Source of the DNA: Camelus dromedarius
Taxonomy: Eukaryota
DNA length: 64,000 nucleotides
Reading direction: 5' to 3'
Assembly: GCF_036321535.1 (NCBI RefSeq)
Contig: NC_087436.1
Span: forward strand, 86,368,001 to 86,432,000
The translations under genes and the position numbers were made by a program. The notes below the pieces were generated by a model, which was not told the origin of the DNA, made no database searches, and was given only the letters and a program-made list of their open reading frames with translations. Below, piece by piece: positions 48,820 to 60,944 of the stretch. Position 1 is the first letter of the stretch, and the number at the start of each line of letters is the position of its first letter.

Positions 48820-49178
48820 ACAGTAGAGGGAGGAGAAATGGTGTGTTGCAGGTGAAGAGACCAGCATCTTGGGGTTATCGAATATCCCAGTTTGGCCCAA
48901 GCTGAAGCCTGAAAGAACATGATGCCCTTGAGGCATGGAGAATTTGATGGTGGAAGGACGACAGGTTAACTAAAAAGGAAGCTTGAAGCCAGATTGTGAA
49001 GTCCTTTCCGTGTTTTGTCCCTTCCAAGTGACTTTCAGCTCTGGCCTTTATAGGATGGAGAGCCAATGAAAATATTTAAGAATCATTATATTTTCAGATT
49101 AGAAAAGTAAGTCTGGCTACAGAACAGGGTATATGTGGGAAAGGGAGAGGCTGGACAAAGGGAGATTCACTAGGAATT
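48820..49178 (-). mobile_element. L2 fragment
   Basis: gccagattgtgaagtcctt...ggatggagagccaatgaaaatattta...tagaaaagtaagtctggctaca. Confidence 0.6.
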
Positions 49179-49603
49179 TATATTTCTATGAGCATTGTTG
49201 GCCTCCTTAATTCATGGAAGCCACATGCACTTTCTATTTTATGGTCAAATGATACTAAGTGCACACCCAGTATTTGTTATGTGCCCTGAAACATTGTGGG
49301 GAATGGGTTCCTGCATTCAACAAGCTTTCAGTTGGTGGAAGAAGAAAGTAGGGCAGATGGAAAAGAATAGAGTGAGAACAGGACTTCCAGAGTTCACCCA
49401 GCTCTTCAACCACATGTGCAAGGCTACAACTTGACAGACGAATCATTGTGATGAAATGAAACTATATCATCCACGATGTATCTGATACCTGCCTAACATG
49501 GGAGGGATTCAGGTGCTGGATGGCCCAAAAGCCTGACAACATCCAAAACAACATTATCAATCAATATATTAGGTTTATTAAAGTAAAAATGTTCTTAGGA
49601 GGG

Positions 49604-50063
49604 TCTATTCGTTTCTTGTGGTTGCTGTAACAAATTACCTCAAACTGTGGCTTAAAACAGCAGAGCTTTATTCTTTTAGAGTACTGGAGGTCAGAAACAT
49701 GAGAGCAAGGTGTAGGAGGCCCCCACTTCCTCTGGAGACCGTAGGGAACAGTCTGTTCTTTGCCTCTTCCCGCTTCTGGTGGCTGTAGGTTTTCCCTGAT
49801 TGTGGTCACATTCCCCCAGTCACTTCCTTTCTGGTCACATCACTGCCTCCTCTTCTGTCCGTCTTCTCTAACATGTGTCTCTTAATAGGATACTTGTCAC
49901 TGGACTTAGGACCCATCCAGATAATCGAGGGTGATTTCCTCATTTGGAGAGCCCTAACATATTTGTATCTGCAAGATCGTCTTTTGGAGTAAGGTGACAT
50001 TCATACATTGTAGGAATTATGACACGGACCTAGCTTTTGGGAGCCATGATTCAACCCAGCACA
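49604..50063 (-). mobile_element. MLT1C-like solo LTR
   Basis: gctgtaacaaattacc...tgcctcttcccgcttctggtggc...attcaacccagcaca; perfect 5-bp TSD GAGGG (49599-49603, 50064-50068). Confidence 0.9.
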
Positions 50064-50614
50064 GAGGGCAATACGTTCATTTCGACTTGGGTTCATTGAC
50101 TCCTCCACGTGAAGTGGTACATCTGGCCATTTCAACCCTTTGTCGGAGCTGCTTGGGGATTGACAATGTGTCCCCTTGGACTGAGGAAGCTGAAGGGAGG
50201 GAGAGACACTGAAAGGAGTGGATGGGGTGTGTAAAGACAACTGCACTCGCTTTAATGTGTAAATTGTAATATTAGTGAAGTAGCTACTAACTTCTACCTT
50301 CTCTTAGTCTTTCTTTCTCTGTTGTTATAGGTGTACTTAAGTATTTACCTTTTCCCTTCCACTTCTCCATTGTAGAGTTTCTCTTTCAGCACACAATACA
50401 TACTGTCATGTTTCTCAGTGAATTTCCACATTGACCTTCCCTTTCATACCATGAAATTAGGACAGAAACCCCCATTCTTCTCTGTGTCTGCCCCTAGAGC
50501 ACGTAGAACAGTCCTCAACAGAGAGATAATATCTCAGATGATGGTGAAGCTTTGTGCTTCTGGTGGGAGTCAGAAATGCTGGCTGTCAAGTTTGTTTCAA
50601 AAAACAATCGTCTT

Positions 50615-51285
50615 CATTGACCCAACTGAATTGAAAACTTGTCTACACAAGAACTCACACGCAGATGTTTATAGCTTTATTCATAATTGCCAATCCTTTG
50701 AAGCAACCAGTACATCCTTTAGTAGGTGAATGGATAAACAAACAGTGCTACCACCAGACAATGAGATATTACTCAGTGCTAAAAAGAAATAAGCTATCAG
50801 ACAACAAAAAGACATGGAGGAACCTTAGGGGCATATTACTAAATGAAAGAAGCCAATCTGAAAATGCTGCCTACTGTATGATTTGAAATAAATGACATTC
50901 TGGAAAATGTGAAACTATGGAGACAGCAAAAAGATCAGTGGTTGCCAGGCATTGGGGAAGGAGGGGTGAATAGGTGGAGGCAGAGGATATTTAGGGCAGT
51001 AAATCTACTCTGTGTGATACTACAGTAAATCTATATTGTGGATACATGTTATTACTTAGATTTGTCAAAACCCATAGAATGTGCAACCAAGAGTGAACCC
51101 TAATTTAAACTATGGACTTCGGGTGATTATGATGTATCAGTATAAGTTCATCAGTTGTAACAAATGTACCACTCTGGTGGGGGACGTTGACCACGGGGGC
51201 ATAGGTGGGGGCTTGGGGGACACTGTAACTCTGTATTTGCCCCTAAACTTTGCTATGGTCTAAAAACTAAGGTCTGTGTATTTTC
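50615..51285 (+). mobile_element. L1MC-like 3' end
   Basis: gaaagaagccaatctgaaaa...aaacccatagaatgt...gagtgaaccctaat...aacaaatgtaccactctggtgg; degenerate TSD aaaacaatcgtctt/aaagccaatcgcctt. Confidence 0.9.
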
Positions 51286-53037
51286 AAAAAGCCAATCGCC
51301 TTTTTTTTCCCTCCCAGAAAATGTTAGTGAGTGATTCATAGTTACAAGGCTTATCTTGGAGGCTGCCTTTCAAGCAAATTTCACCATCTTTTCCCCTTTG
51401 AGGATAAAAACCAAGGTTGCCACTCAGACCACTAGATCAAAAATATTTCTAGATTAAAATGTGAAACCAAGAAGTCATTGAACTAACATTTCTTCTGAAA
51501 TGTGAGTCCCAGACAACTGAGAAAGCTGCCCTTTTGGTAGTGCTCGTTGGAAAGGAGAGGAGACTTTCACAGCCTGTCTCTGAAGGACGGCCCACGAAGG
51601 GAACAGAAATGCCTAGGCAGGAATGTTACAAAGAAGGCCGTGTTCCCCTGCAGGGCATCATTTCCCTGGCTGGCGGGCAGAGTCCTACAGGCTTAGTCTA
51701 TGGTGAAAAACTTAAGTGTTTGGCATCCAAAAGTGATGTCATACCCACCTAACTTTCGGTAAATCGTGGGTTTAGTTAGGTTGGTCTTATTTCAAGACCA
51801 AGAGGAAAACTGGAGGATAAAGTTGGTTCCTTTCAATCACACCCTGGTGCACACAGGCAGAAATCAAATAGAAAAACCAGCTGTCATCGAGTAGTGAAAA
51901 TATTGGGATAAAAAAATTGACTCTGAGGCATCACAAAGAAATTCTGCAAGGCTGAGTTAGCTGCAGTCAGCCGCGGGGTCTGGTGAATGCCTGTGATCTT
52001 TCCCTCTTCTGCCCTCTTCTGAGTGTTGCAGTCCTCAGTGAGGTTGACTCGGGGCTGAAGGATCTCTGAAACCACCTGAATGTCCAAAAGCAGCCTGTCC
52101 TTGTGTGGCCTGAGTGGCCCCACGTGGCCCCCGCATCCTCAGGCACTGATGTGGTCGTCGACTCAAGGCCACCCTGACCTGAGAATTCTGAGGCCACACA
52201 CACACAGACACACACACACACACACTAGATTCCCTCATCTTGTTTTTTAAAGTTTAAAAGCTTTAAACTTTTCAGATGTGTTTCAGAGGTAGATTCTTCA
52301 TAATATGGGTAGAGGTAGCAAATGATTTAATAATAAATCACTTAATAATTATTAATAATAAGTAATAAATGAATGATAGTATTCATTTAGTAATAAGCCT
52401 TATCAGTGCCAGCCATGGTGCTGGGAGTCAGGACAGATCAGAGGTGACTCAGACACAGATCATACACCCAGGCAGGTACTGGGAGGTACTCCCAAGTAAC
52501 AATAATGCTAGGCAGACAGTGGTGAATGCCAGGAAAGAGGCTAGAATGACAAACAGTAGGGCCCAGAGGAGTGGGGATGGCTCCCAGCTGAGGAACGGAG
52601 ATAAAATCAGTGATACTAGAAGTCGGTTTGGGAGGGCGGGGCTGGGGCTGCAGACAAAGAGATGGGAGGACATAGAGCATCCTAAGTGTCATTTCATCAC
52701 TGGCTCCAGGGGAGGAGACATGTCTGCATTGGTGAGTGTAGGGGGAAGAGGGGCCAGGAGAGGACTAGCCCCACGAGGCATTGTGCCCTGAGTGATCGCT
52801 GCAGATGTGGAGACCCCAGGGGTCCTTCCTGGAGCGAGTTTGGGGAACAAAGGAAGGAGATTAGAAGAGTGGTGAATAGGTGGACTCTGGTTGGAAAACG
52901 GTTTTTTTGAATTGTTTTCTGTTTTATTTCCTTCTTTTAAATTAGAAGAGTTCAGAGTCCAGGCTACGTGTGTAGGCTGAGGTGAAGAAACCTGGGAAAG
53001 GAGGGATTAGAAACTGAGGTGGGGCATGAGGAGCAAT

Positions 53038-53527
53038 CAAAGACTTGGATAAGAATGTTCACAGCAGCTTCATTTGGAATAGCCCCAAACTGGAAACTCA
53101 GATGTCTGTCAACAGGGGCGTGGTTAAAGAAATTGCAGCATAGTCATTCATACCATGGATTACTACACAGCAAAGAAAAATAAAATACTAGTATTTTATG
53201 AATGACATAGATGAGGCTCACAGACACAGTTCTGAGTGAGAGAAGCACAGATTGACATAGTACAGACACAAGCATTCCTATTGTATGACTGTAATTCTGT
53301 GGTGCTCAGAAATAGACGTGACTAATCGATGGGTGATGGAGTTCAGAATCATGGTCACCCTGGAGGAGGGTACCAGCTAGGAATGGCCGCAGAGGAGCCT
53401 GCTGGGGGAGAGGGCTGGAAATGGTCCATATCTTTACTGCTGGTGGTAGTACAGGTGTGTGCCTGTGTACAGATATATGGCGCTCTACAGGTAAGATGTG
53501 TGCACTTGATGTAATTTATTCCTCAAC
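53038..53527 (+). mobile_element. L1ME-like 3' end
   Basis: aagaatgttcacagcagcttcatt...aatagccccaaactggaaac...taagatgtgtgcactt. Confidence 0.8.
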
Positions 53528-55199
53528 AGAGAGAGAAAGAGAGGGGGAGGAGAAACTGGGCAAAGCGAAGAGGTAGATGAAATAAAGATGGAAGGAGGCA
53601 GCAAAGTGTAAGGGCAGGGATTTTAAGGTAGAGTGAAGACAAATTGCAATACCAGCTCTGAGTCCAGGCGTGAGCAGGTAAGTGTCTCACATGGCATGGT
53701 GGTGATGATGGGGCTAGGAAGACAGGGATGGGTTCTGTGAAGGAGTAATCTTTAAGACTTGGTAACTGAATATGGGGCATGAGGGGCATCTGAAGAAGAG
53801 GAGGTTTAAGATGCTCCTGAAGCGCAGAATGTAGATGCATGCCCTACACCATTGTGTCCAGTAAACAGTCATCAACGCACCTACTAAGGGCTTATCCATG
53901 TATGGAACATGAATACACATCTAATTCATGGAGCTCCATCCTGAGCCAGTATCAACTTGACTTAGAGGCTGGTTCTAGCTGAGTCGCTGGGAGTGTTTAG
54001 GTTATAAAGAACTATGTCAGCGAATACTTTGGTTTAACATCAGCTCTCTGTCTTATCCTTGACAAGACCAAAGGGAGTGGGATTTGGGGTTCTCCCCAAA
54101 TTTGTTAAATGCAGTCACTCGCAATGGAGCTGATGCTGCTGAGACTTATGGATTCATAAAGTACGCACAGTGAAGAGCCTGTTCCCCTCCAGTACTGGCT
54201 GGTGAAGCCCAGGGCAGAAAGCAAAGGTAAGGAGAGGCAGAGCCCACTGTGGGTGTAACGCCTTGTCTCCTCCAGGCAGCATCAGAAGAGCCAGGGAAGC
54301 AGAGTGTGCTTGGCCCTGCTCTGCTGTTGACCTCATGTCCTTTGTAAGGTTCCTTGATTTCCACTAGGATGGAGTCCTTTCTCTAGGTGACAGGGAGATT
54401 CAGAATCCCATCCACCTGGGCAAGATCAGGAAACAGGACTGTCAGGGATGCTGAGAGCTGGGGCAGAGAGGATGTCCAGCTGGGGTCTCCTGGCCCTGAC
54501 CCTGCCTTCTCCCCCAGATGAGGATGTGGTCTCACGGGTGCTGAGTCCAGGTCAGATCCAGGAGAGCCTGGTGCTTGTAAACAGTCCCACAAATGCAAGT
54601 ACATGGACTGCAGGTGGAAGTTCTTCCTGCGTGGGGTGAGCCCGAGGCTGAAAGGACAGTGGCCGAGCAAGGCCTGGGCCATTTCCTCCACTCTGGCAGA
54701 GCCCCATCCGCAGAGTCCTGCCGGCAGCTGTGCATTGTGAGGGAACCCAGGAGCGAAGGAGAAACGCCATCCAGACACGCTGCACCTGCTCTTGCCTGGC
54801 GTGGCCACTTCCCTTCCCTTTCTCTCTGTGTCTTGGCTAAATAAACAGGATTGTGAAATGAACACGCGCATACAACACGTGAGAGTGCATGAGGGCTCTT
54901 CAGCAGGTGTGTAACTCGCTGAACCCATGCTGTAAGGCACTGTGACTGCATCTCGGGCTGTGGAGAGAGGTGGGAGTGAAGGGATGTGGTACTGGGGGAT
55001 TCACGGGACATAAAAAGCATGAGATGCTTCAAAAAGTCTATGACTTAAAATATGTACAGCCTCACATGAGCCCAAAAGACAATGCCAGGCCAAAGGAGTG
55101 GTACTGAAAAGAGGGACTGAAAATTGACGAGGGGTGGGGAAAGAGAAAGGGACAGGGGACCAGGGGACGGGAGGGGAGGGGCGGAGAGACAGCCGTTAG

Positions 55200-55375
55200 T
55201 GAGAGCAGTCTGAGAAGGAAGATACCATGATAAAAGGACACTTGATCTGGGGTCTTAGAGGAAGCAGCTGAAATTTAGGATGATAGAGAGAAAGGAGAGC
55301 ATTCCAGAAAAAAGAGCTGGTAGGTACAAAGACATGGAGGTGAGAGAGTGGACAGGATGTTCTGGCACAGAGAAG
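55200..55375 (-). mobile_element. L2 fragment
   Basis: ggagagcattccagaaaaaag...gtacaaagacatggaggtgagagag. Confidence 0.6.
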
Positions 55376-55745
55376 GAGCAGAGGTTTCACGTGCTGGGAG
55401 TTAGCTACGTCTGGTTGAGTCCATCTGCCTCCCCACCTGTCCATCAGTCAGCAATCAGTCAAGAGTCACTCAAGTGTTTTATATAGATAGATTTCATATA
55501 TAATCCTATATGTGAATTTAGAAGGCTGTGGGCTACGTAGATGGTGGGAAGATTAAGAAAGTATTTTGAAAGGAATAGTAAAATATAACACAGAATCGTG
55601 GCCAAGTCAGTGCTGCACATCTAGTTAATGTAGCAAAAAGAGAGACAAGGTAGCCACAGGGCCATGCCCCCACAGTCACTGTGCTGCAGAATGACCAAAA
55701 TCTTAGCCTCCAGCTCTGCCAGGTCTCACAGCAGCCTGGCCACAT

Positions 55746-55985
55746 GGGGCAGCATCATGGAGCCTGGGCTACGGGACAAGCATCTCTGGTTCAGATCCTG
55801 GCTCAGCCACTTTTCAGCCAATTACTTGGCCTCCCCAAGCCTCAGTTTTCTCATCTATGAAAGGGAATCTTATAATAGGACCGATCTCAGAGGGTTGTAA
55901 ATTTTAATGAACCTGGAATGAACCAAGACCAGTGCTGGGCACATGGGGAGGCCTTGGCAAATGTTGGCTACTTTTGTTATTATTC
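55746..55985 (+). mobile_element. MIR SINE
   Basis: ggttcagatcctggctcagccactt...aagcctcagttttctcatctatgaaaggg...aaatgttggctact. Confidence 0.85.
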
Positions 55986-56061
55986 CAAGTTAAAGAAGGT
56001 GACAGTGTTCTCTGTGTCTGCCACGTGAGTGCTGAGAATTGCATGACTTATAAGTGCCCCA

Positions 56062-56600
56062 TGGTTGAGAGCCTTGGTTGCCCATCCAATACCCAGTCTC
56101 CCCCTCTTCCTTAGTAGTTGACCCTTCATTTTATTCACTATAGCAGTGTGCCTAGATTAAACACACACACACACCCACACACACACACACACACACCCCT
56201 CTTTCTCCTAGCTTCCCTTGCAGCTATGGGTCATCATGTTCTGGCCAATGAGATGTAAATACTGGGTGTACCTCTATGAAATCTTTTAAGTGAGCTGATT
56301 CAGAAAGCACATGCTGCTTTGCTCTTTCTAATCTTCCTCCTTCTTTCTGCCTGAAATGTTGATGTGATGGCTGCAGCTTCGGCAGCCTGGTTGGACCATG
56401 TGGTGATCTAAGGATGGCAGCCTTGAACTAAGGCTGAATGGAGAGAGAAGGAACAGGAGGATAGGTGATGCCTGGGTTGCAGTTGATGATAGAGCAGCGT
56501 AAGAGTCTTAAGCTGTCTGTCTCTTAACTCTCGTTATGTGATAAGCACAGACATCTACACTGTTTCAGTACTGTGTCTATGATACTGACCACTAATTATG
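56062..56600 (+). mobile_element. MLT1J-like LTR containing an (AC)n tract (~56160-56196)
   Basis: cctagcttcccttgcagcta...gttctggccaatgagatgtaa...gatgtgatggctgcagct. Confidence 0.75.
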
Positions 56601-56744
56601 CAAAATAATGATATATTTCCCCGTGACTAAAAAATGTGATTAGAGACTGGAGCTAGCTGGACTGATGCTAGAATCCTTGGGTAGGCAACTGGTTTCCTCC
56701 ATGCCCTGGCCTCTCTCTTTTTCTCTCCCCTGCTAGTACTCACC

Positions 56745-57211
56745 TGCAGTGGGCTGAATGGTGGACCCCAAAAATACATGTCCATGTCCTAATCTCTGGA
56801 ACCTGTGCATGTTACTTTATTTGGAAAAAGTGGTCTTTGCAGATGTAATTAAGTTAAGGATCTTAAGATGAGGAGATCATTCTGGATTATCTGAATATCT
56901 GGTCCTAAGTCTAGTGACAAGTGTCCTTGTAAAAGACACAGAAGAGAAGACAGAAGAGGAGGTGATGTGACCACAGAGGCAGAAATTGAGGTGGTACAGG
57001 CCACAGGCCGAGGAAAACAGACAGCCACCAGAAGCTGGAAGAGGCAAAGAACAGACTGTCCCCTAGAGCCCGTGGAGGGAGTGTGGCCCAGCTGGCACCT
57101 TGATTTGGGTCTTCTTTGTTTCTCTCCAGAGCTGTGAGGGAATACATTTCCATTGTTTTAAGCCATCTGATTCAGGGTCATTTGTTACGGCAGCCACAGG
57201 AAACTAATACA
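56745..57211 (+). mobile_element. MLT1C-like solo LTR
   Basis: tgcagtgggctgaatggtgg...gtctttgcagatgtaattaagttaagg...ccaccagaagctggaagaggcaa...gcagccacaggaaactaataca. Confidence 0.92.
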
Positions 57212-57733
57212 CACTCATAGGCACGCTGCACCCAGGCTTGTGTCCTGCAGGGTGGGAGCCTTGAACCCTCTGCAGCTCTTCCGTGAATTCTTCTTGAAAC
57301 AAATGGGCCGGGCTGCTCTCCCTTCCTCGGGGAGAAGGAAGCAGGCCTACAACCCTGACATTCCCTGCATGCCCCCTGTACACACTCTGCAAACAGCTGT
57401 ATTACAGTGGCAGCTGCAACCCTGCCGTACACAGAGGAGAAAAACCATTTGTGGCCATCTGGAGGACACAGCCTGCTCCTCTTTGCTCTGAAACGTCTCC
57501 GAGTTTAGAAATCTAAACACATATTCCAGTTTGTCAAACTTCCTGAAGGACTGGGATATATTACATGGTTGCATAATACAGCTCAGTGACTGCACTGCCT
57601 GCGCCTCCTTCCACCCCCACGCTGGGACCGAGGTTAGGAGAGGAAGTAGGCTGGAGAGGACGGGGCCAGAGGATGGGAAACAGAAGGGCAGAGAAGCATG
57701 GGTAAGCATGTTCAAGAAGCAGGAACCTTCCAA

Positions 57734-57990
57734 CAGGAACTTATGGTTACCAAAGGGGAAAGGGGAGGGTGCAGGGATGGATTAGGAGTTTGAGATTAGC
57801 AGATACAAGCTACTATATATAAAATAAACAAGGTCCTACTGTATAGCACAGGGAACTATATTCAGTAGCTTGTAATAACCTATAATGAAAAAGAATATGT
57901 GTATATATGTATAACACAGTCACTATGCTGTACACCAGAAACTAATACAACATTGTAAGTCAACTATACTTCAACAATGACAACAGCAAA
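57734..57990 (+). mobile_element. Cetartiodactyl-type L1 3' end
   Basis: aacttatggttaccaaagggg...gtcaactatacttcaa; TSD gaaccttccaa (57723-57733, 57991-58001). Confidence 0.92.
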
Positions 57991-58047
57991 GAACCTTCCA
58001 AGGGGCTGTGGAAGGAAAACTCCCCTCACTCTCTTTGTCAGAACTGG

Positions 58048-58275
58048 AAAGCAATGCAGAGGGGTGGTGATGTGTAGATGTCAGTCACAGATTTGAGTCC
58101 GGGTTCTTCCTCTAACCTACTGTGTATCCTGGACCAATTAGATCTACGGGAATTATCCATAAACTAGGGCTAGTAACTACATCTTCCTCTTAGAGTCTTG
58201 GTGTGGATTTAGGGGGATAAATGCATGAAAAGTGCTTTGGGCAGTACCTGGGGGGAGGTAAGTATGTATTAACAG
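58048..58275 (+). mobile_element. MIR SINE, diverged
   Basis: atgcatgaaaagtgctttgggcagtacctgg tail; ctgtgtatcctggac core remnant. Confidence 0.6.
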
Positions 58276-58529
58276 AAACACGTAGTGTTTCCTTGCCAAC
58301 AGAATCCATGATCATCAAGGCACTTTTCCCAGTCAAAGAAGTCTGTCAACAGTGTATCCATTTCCTGGGGACAAATTGTTCAGTCTCAATGTTCAGGGAC
58401 TTCTCTTTGTATCTTTTTTGCTTGCTTGTTTTTAAACAAAGCTGGCCCAAGCCTCATACCACAAAACTCCTCCATCTCTCACTCATGCCTATGATTCCAC
58501 TGCTAAGGATTTTATTCCTCTGGAATCCA

Positions 58530-58682
58530 GAGGGGTCAGCAAACTGTTAAGGGCCAGAGAGTAAATATTCTAGGCTTTGTAGGCTACATGTGGTTTCTGT
58601 CACATAGTCTTCTCTTTTTAACATGAGATGACTATCTATAGAGGCTGGATTTGGCCCAAGGACCGTGGTTTGCCAAAACTTG
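58530..58682. mobile_element. MER58-like hAT-Charlie MITE
   Basis: ggggtcagcaaact...agggccagagagtaaatattctaggcttt...ggctggatttggccc...gtttgccaa. Confidence 0.8.
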
Positions 58683-59573
58683 CTAGATGAGCATATAAAG
58701 GCTCACAGTTTTTCTGATTAGATTACCCATCTGCATAAAGGAGGCTTTGGGAGGTATCTCAGAGAGAAAGAGTTTTTCTATCTTCTCTCCCTTTGTCGGG
58801 AGAGGAGGAGATGGTAGTGGTGGCCACCAAAGGAAAGGACCCATTGTAGAGATTAATGGCTGAAAGACATAAAGCAGACCTGGAAGACGAGTCAAATCCC
58901 AGCAGTGACTGATTCTGCCCGAGGCCAGTCTGTTTCAGAGTTTGCAGCCACTAGTGAAGAACAGGTGAGAACCAGACTGACATCTGTGCTTTAGTATGCC
59001 TTTCATCCCACTATTCAGAAATGCTGTCATTTCTCAGCAATCCGACCTAGCACAATGCTCAGAAGTTAAAATGCCAAAACCTGATTTCATACATAATTCA
59101 CTCCTGTTGATAGGTTCTCATCCCATAATTTTCATTCCAAGCAACAGGAGGCAGGGCTACAGTTTTAACTCTGACAACAATAAAGAAACCCCCTGGATGA
59201 TAGAATGAGATCACAGATGTGAACCCCAGGGCTGGGAGACTCCCATCTGCACTTGGTAGAAAAGTGGCTTGTGAAGATTCTGGCCACTAGGCCAGATTCT
59301 AATGGATGTGACTTCACAGACTTCACATCTTCACAGTGAATTCAGATGATGAATTCAGTTCAGCCTGGAAAGAATGTAGACTACTCTCTGATCAAAAGAG
59401 AAAGTGGGTTAGATCAAGTCTTTCTTTATCCAGATTGCCCCCCCAAAAATCATAAACACACTCAACAAAATTTGGAATGACAATTCTTAATGGTTTTTGC
59501 TGAGGTATATATCTCAGAGGGTCTTTGTTTCCCACTAAAACCTTATTCTTTCCCTCAGTTTCTACATACCCAA

Positions 59574-59615
59574 TGTGTTAGTGATGGGTCTCTGGAGAAG
59601 CAGAACCAGTGGGCT

Positions 59616-59647
<32 letters not shown>

Positions 59648-59680
59648 ATATCTCACATGATACACATATATATCCTACTG

Positions 59681-59777
<97 letters not shown>

Positions 59778-60285
59778 ATGTCTCAGAACAGAACCAATAG
59801 GAGATATATATATATATATATATACACACACATATATATGTCTCAGATGATACATAAATATCCTATTCTGTTTCATATATATATATATGGTTCTGTTTTA
59901 TATAGATATAGATACAGACACTTAGGAGAGAGAGGGAGAGATTTTAAGGAATCGTCTTACACAATTGTGAGGGCTGGCAAGTCTGAAGTCTGTAAGGCAG
60001 GCTACAGGCTAGAAACCCAGGGAAGAATTGTTGCTGCAGATTAAGTCCAAAGCAGTCTGCAGGCAGACTCTTCTTGGGGAACTTCAGCCATTCTCTCTTA
60101 AGGCCTTCACCTGATGGGATGAGGCCCATCCACATTATGGAGGATAATCAGCTTTACTCAAAGCCTACTGATTTAAATGTTAATCTCATCTAAAAAAATA
60201 CATTCACAGCAACATCTAGACTGGTGTTTTACCAAAGCTGGATAGCATGGCCTAGCCAAGTTGAACACAAAAAATTAACCATCAT
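59574..60285 (-). mobile_element. MLT2 (D-like) ERVL LTR with expanded microsatellite region
   Basis: ttttaaggaatcgtcttacacaattgtgagggctggcaagtc...gatttaaatgttaatctcatct...aaattaaccatca. Confidence 0.9.
59617..59890. repeat. Compound microsatellite block: (CA)13, (TA)35, (TG)11 and further TA/CA runs
   Basis: (CA) 59617-59642, (TA) 59685-59754, (TG) 59755-59776, read directly. Confidence 0.95.
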
Positions 60286-60439
60286 TCCCATCATCCTACT
60301 GTTTTTTCTTTGGACTCCCCACATTAGCTGCAGGTTTGGGACAATCTAACTGTGACTGTGTTGCCCTTTATCTGGGATGATAAGAGGGAACAACAATAGA
60401 TTATCCCCAAATGGCAAATTCTATGATACAAAATTGAAA

Positions 60440-60895
60440 GAACAATAGCATAAAAGGAAGAGTTTCTTTTTCTCCTGTATCACAAAATCCAGTGATGCTA
60501 TGAGATCTGTATTCATCCTACTCCTTGCTTTGCTATCTTAAATGTACTGGGGTTCCCCCTCATCCTTTTTGTTTTCTTCATACTCATAGTTTCATGTTAG
60601 CTGCAGTAGGTCCAGATATCACATCAACATTCAAGACATAGAAAAAACAGAATGAGAAGAAGGTGACTTTTCCCTTTTATTAGGAAAGCAAAGCTTTCCC
60701 AGAACCTTCCCAGCAGTCTTCATTTGCTTCACTGGAGAGACCTGGCTCACGGCCCCCTTGAGCTGAAAGGGAGGCTGTAAAAGCAAGTACTTCCTAGGGC
60801 TAGGCACCTGGCTGCTCCAAACAGAACAAGGGTTCTGTTAGCAAGAAAAAAGGAGATGTGAACTGTTGGATGAGTAACATAGTGTGTCTGGCACA
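60440..60895 (-). mobile_element. MLT1L-like LTR
   Basis: ccttttattaggaaagcaaagctttcccagaa...aagggaggctg...gggttctgttagcaagaa...gtctggcaca. Confidence 0.7.
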
Positions 60896-60944
60896 AGGAC
60901 AGTTTATAATTATTTTTTTCTGGATTTAAGAAGTGTGTTTTTAG

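Noticed and set aside
52249..52271. AT-rich near-palindrome aaagtttaaa-agc-tttaaacttt
   Set aside because: Low complexity and too short for a pre-miRNA.
54383..55032. Overlapping 185-aa and 166-aa minus-strand ORFs
   Set aside because: Several overlapping frames in GC-richer sequence with no recognisable protein motif.
59562..60044. ORFs with IYIY/HTHT/CVCV runs
   Set aside because: These are translations of microsatellites.
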